Shown here: one piece after another, positions 52,448-64,000 of the stretch
Layout: every line of letters starts with the position of its first letter
Numbering within the stretch: position 1 is the first letter of the stretch
Assembly (NCBI GenBank): GCA_965285935.1
Contig: OZ260667.1
Coordinates: 7,936,001-8,000,000, forward strand
Length of the DNA: 64,000 nucleotides
DNA from: Ophelia neglecta
Lineage: Eukaryota
Reading direction: 5' to 3'
Position numbers and translations under genes: made by a program
The notes under the pieces: generated by a model
Databases searched by the model: none
What the model was told of the DNA's origin: nothing
What the model saw: only the letters and a program-made list of their open reading frames with translations

Positions 52448-55400
52448 GATATTACTACTTTGTAATTAATTTCAGTATGCTGATTTTTTAAAGAATAAAC
52501 AATTTGCCCAATTTCATCGCATAAGTGATGTTCACTAGCCAAACGGGCGGTTGCACAAATACTGTTAACTACTTTATTTCACTGGTGTTGACTTTGCTGA
52601 TTTAACAATAATACAGATATTTGATTATTGACATTAAATATATTCTAGCAATTACCTGCGGGCAACAACAATGATGCAGCAGTGCATTTAAATTGGAGGT
52701 CACAGTGTCGCAAAATGCAAATAAAACAGATTATCTTAAAAATGGATGACACATAACTGGGCAAGTAACCCCATCCCCCAACTCTCTTGGTTGACAAATC
52801 ATGTTTTAACATGACCAAGAGAAAAGTAGACAACTTTTGATTCCTATTTAAAAGAACATAAAATGCGGCTACCAAGCACAAGATTTAATTTGCTGTCGTC
52901 AATCCCTTTAACCCGCAATGGATTCGCCTTCCTCCCCTCTAGCCCGACCCAACTGACCACTCTCCTGCCCAACTCCCCCCCCCCCTCTCTCTCTCTCTCA
53001 TTCCTCAAGGCTCCTACCTCTCACTCTAGAGCCCCCCCCCCCTTTCCTCCCACCACTTCCCCTCCCAATATTGCACTAGCCTTCTTCCATCAAAGTCCTG
53101 CCCTCCCCTCCTTCATCCAAACCCTGCCCCTGCCCCTGCCTCTCTTGCCCGCTCCCACTCCTATATTGGCCCATTGCCCCTTCCTCTCCTAGCCCCTGCC
53201 CCCTCCGTTGCCACTGTATAATCTCAAATTCATCCCCCCCCCCTCCTTCCCCCTCCCCTTCTTATCCCCCCCCTCCCTCCTGCCCCCATCCCCTATAAAA
53301 GGTTTTAAAAAGCAGATTACCAAAATGTGGTTGCAACTGTATGACTTACTGGCTCTGCAGTCATACGCTCAGTTGTATAAGTATTGAAAGTGCAAGTTAC
53401 ACCAACCGGCATGCATCTATCATGGAATATTATATATTCAGCAGAGTAAACCTAATGCCCTTTGGAGAAGGGTGAAGGTGTTCAGTTTGGTAATTTAATC
53501 ATATGTAAAAAAAAAAGGGCGATTTCCAACCCGTGAAAGTGAACGAAAATATTTCCAAGCTAGGGGCGACACAAAAAATGGCTTATGTAAAGGTCATATA
53601 GGAATAAGTTATATAAGTAAGATGAAAAGCATGCAAACCCATTAAAATATACCCCCCCCCACCTTGCCTTTGACTAAAATCAGACATGGTTACCCAAGAA
53701 GAGAGATAGTAAGTAGGTAGATCAACAAATGTGATGTAGGCAAATGGAAAATATAGGTCAACCGCACCACTCAATTGATTTGCGACAAAATATAATGACG
53801 TGAGAGTTTCGTGCTGTAATTTCACAAGTATAGCCCAACTATTGCTATGGACTATTTTAATAGGCATATGCTATGCTAAATGAGTAGCTGGACTAGGCCC
53901 ACTTTTGGCCTAACCCCCCCCCCTTCCCCCCCCCCCTCCCCGTGGAAACTGAAATCACTGATTATATATAGAAGGGTGTCTAAATGCGCAAAAACGTGGA
54001 CATGAAGAATAGTTCGCAACATTTTCTGTGTATGTTCACTGCGGATGACATATGATAGATTTTTTTCCTTTTTTAATTCAAGAATATGACCCAACATAAG
54101 CTTATATATATATGAACACGTCAAACAAAAAACACACATTGGTGACTATATTCACAATCTATATTTTGAGTCATTTTCTATGTTCTTTCTTACTCTCAAT
54201 AACCTGATAGGGTGGGACGGGAGTCAATTTGGTGCCGGCCCATAAGATCGGTAGGTCCTCTGGCTAAAAAGACCCCTCCAACTGAAATCCCTAGAATAAC
54301 AAGACCTCGGGGACTTAATTGACCAGTGTTTTGCGACCGGGAACAATGAGCCTTAGGGCTCAGAGTGCTGTGATACCTAGTCCTAGGACTTGGTGTCTGT
54401 ATAAATTTAATAGTAGGACTCAGTGTCCGTAAGACTCGAGGGCCTAGCTTTCAATGTCTAACATACTGACTGCCTACCATAATTTTTCACTATATCTAAT
54501 TATTCGATGTATCAAATATAAATATAAATATGAAACTACCTAATAACATTAATAACATTATAACATTTTAACTATCCTCGTCCTCTCTATCATACACCCC
54601 GAAAGCAACCAGCCATCACTACCGTTTCAAGTTCTACCAGCTTTGAAAAATAAATCACCTGCTGTCTACTACTGCACACCCTAGAGAAAATATTCACACT
54701 ACTTGAACAGGGCAAGGATAATGGTAGCGCCTGCTTTTATGAGTGCAATAGTATGATATAAATTCTCTGGCTACGCAATCAAATATGAAATGGATAGTTA
54801 TGTAAAACATCAATATAATTTTAAATAGTAGGCTATGTGACCATGTTGTATCGATTAAGTATACTGTCACGCTATCGGCTCATTGGGTGAGTGGATAAGA
54901 CTGTCGTCTTGCTTGCATGCGATTGCACAGTTTTTACGCCTGCCAAAGATGACGGGATTGACTCCCATCGCAAGCTTTCTCATATTCCCTCATTTCGCTG
55001 AAGCTCACAAAATTGCACAAGTTTGAGATGATAGCTATCTCACATAAAAATTGCTGTAGCGGTTCTTGGATAACTTTGTGATGACTACTTGCGATATAGA
55101 CGCTGCGTAGAGACATATATCATCTTCTAGATTTTAAACACTTATTTAATACATACCAATGTTGAATTCCTTCATAGATTCAGTCCCTGGCATAATTAAA
55201 TATATTCAGGCGGTAGTACATTTGTATTCAGTTTATATAGCAACCTCCCCAAACGCTCAAATGGCCAGGCTATCAGCAGACTGGTCACAATGCAAAGTGG
55301 GCGGTTGAGTGAACAGCATAGTGCTGCGACAGCAGAGCACAGCAATAGTGATAGTAGGGATAGAAGTGAAAGTAGTAATGACAGTGATAGTAGTAGTGGC

Positions 55401-57208
55401 AGCAACAGTTCATTAAAAGTAGTACCCTCTCACATCATATACTCAAACACACCACCAAAGAAAAAATAGTTCAGGGTGTCAACACCTTGCTTGGTTGCAG
55501 CAGCTTTCAATGCCCAGTATATCCCCCCCCCCCCCCTCCATTTCTTCAGAGGTCAATATTTTTAACATTTGGAAAACAAATACTTTTGCACTTTGGTCAA
55601 ACCGCCTGTTTACCAAATAAAGTGCAAGGAACCTGAAATCCCATCTTTTGTATTGGAATATATTGCAGAATTGCATAAAGGTCATAAATAGATGACTGAT
55701 AATAGTGTGGGGCCATCTAATCAATGTTGCCAATTCTTCAGTCAGTGTGTAAATCATAATGATTTAGCTCTCACCGTGATTATTCCATGTCAAGTTGTTG
55801 TAGACTAGGACGTTCAAGTCATTGGTTCAGCCATTACATTGGTCGCCAATCATACTCCTTTAGGTCACAAGCCTTTATTATCCTTGTTCATGACCTCGGC
55901 TGTTGATTGGTAGCTTTGTTTGAGACTGGCGATTTCTGTCTTGGTATTTCTCCATGGTATCATAGCCCAATTGATCGGAGGAAGGCAGGCATCCTAATAT
56001 AAAAACATATATAATATTATCATATACAAGCCACACATTTAAAAGGGTAGGGAACACAAATGTCCTGTGAAGAGCTGAAACTGAACCCAAATACAGCTGA
56101 GAATACTGGTGTAAAGGATAAGTCTCATGAAACAAGGGCTTAAAAAAGTGGTTTACAGGAAAACAAAGGTCTAAAAGAGTGGCTTACTCAAAAACAAGAG
56201 TCTAAAAGAGTGGATTATCTTCGAAAAAAGGGGTCTAAAGGGTAGATCACTTATGAAGTTCCCATATGGCCATATACAGGGAGCACCCTGCCACCCTTTG
56301 TGGGCCCCATATTATCAAATTTACTTCCTGAGTAAACTGATAAACAAGATTTATTCCCAATTTCACAAAAAAAGGGGGCATTGTATCACCACTTTGGTGT
56401 CCACAAAAACCTGAAAAATGGTTTTTCTAAAAAAAAGACAGTGAAATTTCAAAAAGGGGGTATTATAATCTAACTATGTCAAATAACCATGCGAAAAAGG
56501 AATTTGAAAAATAAAGATGGAACTACATTATGTCCTTCTTTTTTCTCTGGAGTGCCCACCAGTTGACTTTTTCATTTTTCACAATTGCCCTCCCTTCCCC
56601 CTCCCCCCCCCCCCCCCCCATACAAAACATTTGTAACTGTCTGGAATGGCAAGAATAGCAAAAAATATTGTACCTATTAAAAAATACTTGCTCAAATCAT
56701 CAAAAAAATAGTTTGAGAATTTATAAATTCATTCTTATATCAACCTAATATTACTGTACCATGCTTTCTTAGCTTATAGGTCAACTGCAAGGGCATCCTG
56801 GATGTCATTCAAGACACCAGGCAGCATTCCAAAAGGATAAGTGCAACTGAATTCAGCAAACCAGCTGGATCAACAGCAAATACCCATCTACAACTACTCT
56901 CATTGATGTAAGTTATTTGACCCTCTCAACCTACAATAGTTATTTGATTACTGATAACATGATATTTAAATAATATATAATATGCATTACAAGTGAGTTG
57001 TCAGGGCACCATTTTATTACTTTAGCTAAAACAACAATTTTATAGCATCTGACCCACAACCAACTTAATATGTGTAAACATTAAAAATAAATAACTAGAA
57101 TTTGAAACACACTTCCTACGTATAATCTCCACATATGATCAGAATCACAGGATACATTTTCCTAATACCCTTCATATATCTATTTAAGGCCTAACTGCTA
57201 TATTAAAA

Positions 57209-57478
57209 GGTTGGTTGGGTGGTTGTTTCGGGTTTTACGTGGCTTGCAACATTTACCGGTCATATCGCCATGGTGCCTACTTGTGACAGTGGGCTCAATG
57301 CCCTCTTTAGAGTGCTGCCTCACTGGAGAACCTGCCGTAGACACCAGACAGGGAACCCCACCCAGTCAGATTATACTGACACCGGCTTGAACAGTCCTGA
57401 TACTAACCTAGAAATACTGGGCCCCCGCCAGGGGAGCTATTGGTACCTATTTATTATATATGTCTTGGGTTTGACGCA
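57209..57478 (-). mobile_element. SINE, same family, tRNA head truncated, (CAAC)n-like tail
   Basis: High similarity to 25915-26200; tail reads ggttggttgggtggttg on the + strand. Confidence 0.8.
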
Positions 57479-59403
57479 ATCTACCACATCATCGATGTAA
57501 AAAACACCTATATATTTGGTCAAATAAGAGCCCTACGTTACGGCACATTGACCAAAATAATGGCTCTAGTCGTATCTGGCGGAAAATTGTGACCCTTGGA
57601 GCTGGACGTTCCTACATAGCTAGGTAACGGAAGTTCCCCTACCAATTAGTTGTGGACTAAAATATGTAACTCAGGTCTTGATGGCGATTCAGAGTCGGAA
57701 AAAGACGACTGTGTCTCAGTAACTTCATCTGAATCGCCAAAAAGAACACCAGTTACCCCTTATAGAATTGATTTACTTCAGTTCCTTTCGGTTATAACTG
57801 GTAGTTTTTATTACAGGCTATGGGTTTCAGTTTTTTGATTGGCTGAAGTAGTATTCTGATAAGGTTAATGGCAGTTACAGTTTTGTGTTCCTATATGCCA
57901 ACCTCACTCTTAGAACCATTCATGGCGATGTTACCCCCATCACTTTTAGGACCATTCTTGTTGGTGCTGCCAACCTCACTCATAGAACCATTCATGGTTG
58001 TGTAACACCCATAACTTTTAGGATCCTTCTTAGTGGAGCTGCTTGCACACTTTGCTGTTTTCACTTTTTCATTTAAAAAGAGGTTGTAGATCATCATATG
58101 ATTTATATATGCCACTTGAAGCCCTGTTTTGCCCACAGGGCAACCCATGGAGAGGAGGGTCAACATCAAAGGATCGGAGAAAAATTATGATGCATTAGAT
58201 TCCTTTCAATGGCTATATCACATGAGTGAAAGTCGGCAACACTTCTGACAATGGGTAAGCATTTGAAAAATTTAAGTCCATGTATCAAGTGAAAATTAGA
58301 TATTTTACACTACCTATAAGTAGTATTTTGTGGTCATTTATTACTTGATACAAGATAAATATGGCATAATGAGCCTGTAAACCCCCTTCTGTAACTAAAA
58401 TTGATGTAGAGGAAAAGTAAATTACATCCTCTTTTCAACTATTATTTCATGATTTTATACCCTTTTTGAATGAAAACGCAAAATATCTGGTCTTCGAAAA
58501 ACACCCCTTTTTGGATTTTCTAGAATGTTTGTTTTCAGTAACTCCTTTTTTAAGCTTTCAAGCTTTGTCTTTGATGCACACACAGCTACTACAAACATGT
58601 AGCGTACTGCAGCAGACTGAATACAGCCAAGAGCTCCCTGCAGCCTAGCTTGCTCATACAGTCTACGAAGGACGTTTGGCAACACTACAGTTACCCAAGC
58701 CACCCCCTTTTGGTAAAACTGCTAATTCCATCCTTAAAACACCACTTATTCGCAATCATGCCAAATTAACCCTTTTATTCAGGAAATTCCGAAAGCCTCT
58801 GAGGCCCCTTGATGATGTTGAGTTAGATGGCCGGGCTTTTAAACACTTATAATCATTGTCGCTACTCCCTGTCAATAGGTGTATGTTGCACTGAATGGGC
58901 ACTAATTTTTTGTCCAAGCTGGTATTTACATGTTAAAAATTGTGGCAGCCACAGTGGTATACCGCTACTCGATCAGTAGGTGTGAACCTCCCCCCCCCCC
59001 CCCTACACCACTGAGTTATTGTGTTATTTCTAGCTAATAATACAGGTGATTCAACTAGCGGGAGGGAGCATGTGGGATAATAGAGGCCAAAAGTACACAC
59101 AAGAACAGCCGTGCTCAGAAAAAAAGCAAAAATACTATTAGTAAGGGCTCGCATTATACATAACATTTCACTTAATGATCGTTATTTTACACTGAAAAGT
59201 CAACATATTGTCAATAGATCAATTATTTTTACATATGTTAGCGGATATGCCATTTGTGATACTACTTATGTATGGTTAGTAGTGTATGGCTGTGATCTGT
59301 ATCTATAATATGCCTTGTATATGTGCTTGTGTTATCAGCCTGGGAATTTGTCAGAACACACACTGTAAAATTAGCTTGGCCATGTATTTCAGTTAGGACA
59401 CCC

Positions 59404-59790
59404 CAGGGCCTGACATAACCCACTGCCCGACTGCCCGGGGCAGGCAGTATTGGCTGTCGGGCATGTTGATATTTCAGTTTACCTGCCCGATGGGGCAAGT
59501 GACCACATTATTAGTTGCTTTAAAAAATAGTGCCCGCCTAAGAGGGAGCCTGTTGTTTTGGTCCGCCATGACACTTGACCCATTTCCAGCCTAGTTCCTA
59601 ATTTGGCAGTTAGTGAATCCCCGTGTCACAGTTTCCTGCGTAAATTTTCGCTCAATTTTTCCAAATATAATACTGTATTTTGAAATGATAGAAAAAACTA
59701 TGGGCAAGTAGAATTTTCTTGGGGCAGGTAGAAATTTTGGTCACCTGCCCTACTGGGGCAGGCAAAAAATAAAAATTATGTCAGGCCCTG
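59404..59790. mobile_element. MITE family B
   Basis: Same 15-bp TIRs; flanked by caccc direct repeat. Confidence 0.9.
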
Positions 59791-60404
59791 CACCCTTGTC
59801 TAGGGTAAGTTTAGATTAGTTGACTTGTCTGTATTATATAAAGTTTATTTTGTATATTGGGAAGTTAACATACTATAGCAAATTGTAGCTGTAACAGTGA
59901 CATTGAATGTTTTGACTAATAGGGTTGTTTTGAAGTCTGCTACTTATGAATGATGTAAATGAATTTAGTAGTGCTGTACATGATCCAGGGAATTCATGTG
60001 TATTTTATATGAAGTAGTATGATACAAGTTTGGACGAAAGTTTTTTGGCAGATGAGCAAGTTACCGGTACATTCTTTTGTTTCCTTGTCGTCAAATTAAT
60101 ATGGGCACATGCATAAACATTTAGTAAACTTAGCCATTAGCTTGTATTCATTACTAGAATCCCCCATTAGAAATTTATACCCCATTTTCACCAAGCTGGC
60201 TGATAAGAGATTGCCTGAAATCACCAACTGTGTAAACACACTGGTGGTGCTAATCCTTTAAGTAAACAAGCTGCCATATTGGGACTGCAGGGACTACTTT
60301 TCTGAGGTTAAGAAATACTTTGACAAGCCATGGTAATTGACAACTGGCTAGTTTTACTTTGACAAACCATGGCAAGACCAGTTACTTTTAATTTTATAAA
60401 AACT

Positions 60405-60602
60405 GTTTCTTTGCTGTTCCTCGAATGGAGGTAGTGGAGCACGTAGTTCATGCTGTGACACTACGATGTCACATCCAGGATATCCCTGAAAACCAACCAA
60501 AAAACCCTCTTCCTCTGTCACATCTTTTATTCTTGCGTTTGACCACCTCCCCAACTCATCCACGGCCTGCACCCGACTTCCAACGATGAATACTCCTGCC
60601 AT
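60405..60602 (-). other. Isolated Tudor/Agenet/chromo-barrel-like coding fragment (gene context unresolved)
   Basis: MAGVFIVGSRVQAVDELGRWSNARIKDVTEEEGFLVGFQGYPGCDIVVSQHELR fits the F.VG.RV.A.D..G.W..A.I......V.F.G....D..V....LR pattern. No further exons could be linked. Confidence 0.5.
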
Positions 60603-61018
60603 TTTTAGGTCTACTCGCCACATCCAGCCATTGAATAATTGTGAATGATTGCGTCCGAAAACAGTTAGTAACTGAGATTTGCAGCACCACTCAGGCTCTA
60701 CCAGTCTATGAAGGAGCATTTGCTTATAATATTGATCATACTTTTATCCACTAGCTTCTTACAAATATCCTATTATATCCCATTATAGTACTACTTCATT
60801 GCATATAATTCGTTTCCAGAATACTACTTGTTTTTGACATATTGCCCCTACAAAAGCTGTCAGATATCAGAGCAACATCAGTGCCTTTTTTCCAAATGGG
60901 TACCTTACCAGTAGTAAACACTACTTTATTTCAATGGTGTTGACAGTGCTGCACCCAAGTGGTCATGTTTGACTCCCTGGTTTCGGGCAGACTCTCTAAT
61001 GATACTATCTTCAAAGTA

Positions 61019-61187
61019 CAGTGGTCCTTGTGATGTAGGGCCCCTCTGATGAAGGGCCACCTTCGATTGCTGGACAGTTTTTGAATTCCCATCTTTTCCA
61101 TGTTAAAGTACCTGGGATGAAGGGCCACCTGCAATGTAGGGCCACTTTCCCTGAGATTGAGGGCGCCCTACTTTGCAGGGACCACTG
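61019..61187. mobile_element. Tc1/mariner-type MITE (distinct subfamily)
   Basis: TA|cagtggtcc...ggaccactg|TA with internal gggccac repeats. Confidence 0.7.
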
Positions 61188-61931
61188 TATAGTTTTCTAA
61201 AAACTTTTCAAAATCAATAAAAATAATAACTAATAAAAAAATCAAATAAATTTAAACACAACAAAAATTTGCAAAGGGAAACAAAATTGAGTCTGCAATT
61301 GAGACTGACCTTCACAGATATTTTAGCGGCCATCGATGAGATTTAAGTCCCCACTTCCATTTGTCTGTTTAAAACATTCAAAAACTGCCTATTTGCAAAA
61401 TGGGTACCTTACCAGTACTACTCACTACTTTATTTCAACTGTGTAGACAGTGCTGCACCCATATGGTCATGTTTGAGATTTGAGCGGCCTTGGCTGAGAT
61501 CACAATTGCCACTGCTTAGATTTTAGCAGTACAGTATTCTCTGTAATAGGCACTTTTATATCTATATGACCCAAGAAAAGAAATAGGGAATTAAAGTCCC
61601 TACCATTTTTCTGCTTAAAACCCTCAAAAAACTAGCAAAAACGTAGTAAAATGGAAAGATTTTGTCAGGAAAATAAAGAGGGTTGGTGCTTATTAAGGCA
61701 TGGGATCTTGTTACAAGACAGTATGGTAGTCATCACTGTGAAACACCGCATGTCCCGCTGAGATTTGCCTTAGGATTTCATCGCTTTTTAAATAATGAAT
61801 ATAATGGGTGGTTGTCAACTTGGTAGTTAAGAGATTAACTTTGATTACACTTTTCACTGCAATGTTTTTCTAAAAGGGACTTTATCTAGTCAAAAATATA
61901 AAATCAGCATAATTGGCCAATTTTTCATAGA

Positions 61932-62109
61932 CAGTGAATCCTGTAAATTAGGACCACTCAAGGGACTGGAAAATGCTGGTCTGATTTTAGAGGTGGTCTG
62001 TTTAGACAGGTTGTTTAACATTGAAAGTATACTTCATGGTCATCATGTTAGTGGTCTTAATTGGCTGGTGGTATGATTATAGAGATGGTCTTTAAGGCAG
62101 GTTTCACTG
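61932..62109. mobile_element. MITE family A
   Basis: cagtgaatcctg...caggtttcactg|TA. Confidence 0.85.
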
Positions 62110-64000
62110 TAATGGCTAGTTCAACTCTAGCTATACCCTATCTATATATGGCACATGTACGTCATGTCCAGTCACCTTTTATAATTATTGAAATGTTTAT
62201 AATCTCTTTGAAGTTTGCAGTTATCCCCTAGCTCGCCTGTTATAACATATCTCTTGACACACATTAGGCCATATAAAATTAATAAAATGGTTTCTTAAAA
62301 AGGGGGTGAGGCAGGTTTTTTTTTGGTTTTTTTGCAAAAAGGGGTGAGGCACCTTTTTCTATATTTTGTTTTCAATTCGATACAATAGTTTCAATTCGAT
62401 ACAATAGGGTGAGGCAGGGTTTTTTTTGCTTCCTGTGTAAGTCATGACTGTTTTACGCATGCAATTCTGAGAGATACTTTATATAGAAGTGAAGCAATGA
62501 CTACATACTATGATAAAAAATGCTTCAAAATCAATTATTTGTTTTAAAATTATGATCACTCTTGAAATCGGTCAAAGAAAACCCATTGTTCTCTTCTAAA
62601 AAGAGGAGCTCCCTCCGGCACCAGTCTTCCATCATATTTACCGAATATCATCATGTCAACTATCAGCAATCTGTTACATCATTCAAGTATAACAACAAAG
62701 CTATGTTGCTTACAGAAGATGATTAACTATCTAATGTTTATTATTAGTGTTGTCACCTGTAGTGTGCTAAGTCAGTAACCTAACTTGTTGTCTGCCGTCA
62801 GTTTTCAATTTTTCTCCATTGTTTTGTTAAATCTTTAATCACATTATTGTTCTAGTAATATGGGTAAATAAGCCTATGGCTTCACCCAGTTGTCATCCTT
62901 AAAATGTTTATGTCGCCTGTTATAATCTGTTATATATTATTCGATGACAATAAACTATTATTGAATAAAAAAAAAAAAAAAATAAAAAATTGTGTGAAAT
63001 TTCCTGATTATCGCCCACTGTCAATTTCAGGTATATTTGAATGGTTATTACCGAAAAATAGTCGAGGGGTTACACTGTTTCCATCGGCGGCACCGTGCCT
63101 AAGTACTTCTTAGGGGCAGGTCTTTTACACAAATCCTTTGGGGGGGCGGGGGTCTAAGAATTGGAACACCATCTGATGAGGAGGGGGGTCACAAAAATGT
63201 GACACCCTCCTATGGGGGGGGGGGGGTCATAAAACCAAAGCACCCATGAAAATAATTATTATAAATTTTTCTTTGTATTCCTTCCATGCAACACCCATAC
63301 ATTTTTTAATACCACATCAGGGTGCTCAAAAAAAATCGGGTTTACTGTCAATTTAAATTTAACCCAGTAAAGTGGATAGGGGGGGGGGGAGGGTCAAAGA
63401 ATCAGGGGGCCTCTGTCTGATAGGAGGGGGGGGGGGGGATTACAGAATTGGCGTTGTTCTGAAAGGGGGAGGGGGGTCATAAAATTTAAAATCATAAACA
63501 GGCCATTTCCACCCACTCCACACCTTTTTATTGAAAGAGCTCTAAACTTTTAAGAGTATATAGTGACCTTTTTTTACATTAAAATGCACCAGAGAGAGCC
63601 AACAGGATGCCTTAATTTGCTCTGCCCGCGCCTTAGTGCCATATGGCCACCAACATTTGTCCTAAACATTTTTGTCCTTTGGAACAAATGTCCTAAAGCT
63701 AATTCAGCATTCAACTGGCTGAAGTAGTGTTATCGGAGAGGCTGCGCTGTCACCAGTCGCAAACTGCCTCAGGTCACGTACAAAGTTGGAGATTGCCCCA
63801 CTGAAGACTTTCGAGTGCAAAGTTTTTTATTTAGGAAATTTAAAGGGGGTGCGGTGACTTTGTTTTTTATTTTGTGCACTATAAAAGGGGGAGTGGCCGT
63901 TTTTAAAATTTATTTGATGTGCGAAAAAAATGGGGTAATGCGATTTTTATTTTTATTTGATTTTCAGAACAGAAATAAAAAGGGGATGGGAGCTATATTA

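Noticed and set aside
52900-53300. Pro-rich ORF / C-rich tract (similar tract at 22540-22760)
   Set aside because: Low-complexity polypyrimidine sequence.
60894-61477. ~80-bp direct duplication about 500 bp apart; also short duplications at 15566-15608 and 18657-18720
   Set aside because: Ordinary local duplications with no LTR or functional hallmarks.

Overview
AT-rich, intron-dense eukaryotic DNA from an invertebrate, probably a lophotrochozoan such as a mollusc (inferred from the Meta-like SINE and Helentron-type repeat; not proven). Four protein-coding genes can be rebuilt by hand from splice sites and reading phases. (1) Two tandem receptor guanylyl cyclase (natriuretic-peptide-receptor-like) paralogs lie on the minus strand: a complete 29-exon gene at 30319->9906 (1091 aa) and the 5' part of a second copy from 6415 to beyond the window start. 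(2) A 14-exon plus-strand type I membrane protein at 37028-44042 (851 aa) has an unusual architecture: C-type lectin + SRCR + three plexin-like IPT domains + TM + a non-catalytic Tyr-containing tail. (3) A GT77-like nucleotide-diphospho-sugar transferase lies at ~48082-50829. At 33.5-36.3 kb is a collapsed remnant of both the receptor (first exon) and the glycosyltransferase (3' end), in the same order as the intact genes; its stop/3'UTR region has expanded into a 2-kb 39-bp minisatellite. The rest is MITEs, SINEs, a Helentron-type non-autonomous element and minisatellites. Most ORFs in the supplied track are exon read-throughs or spurious.
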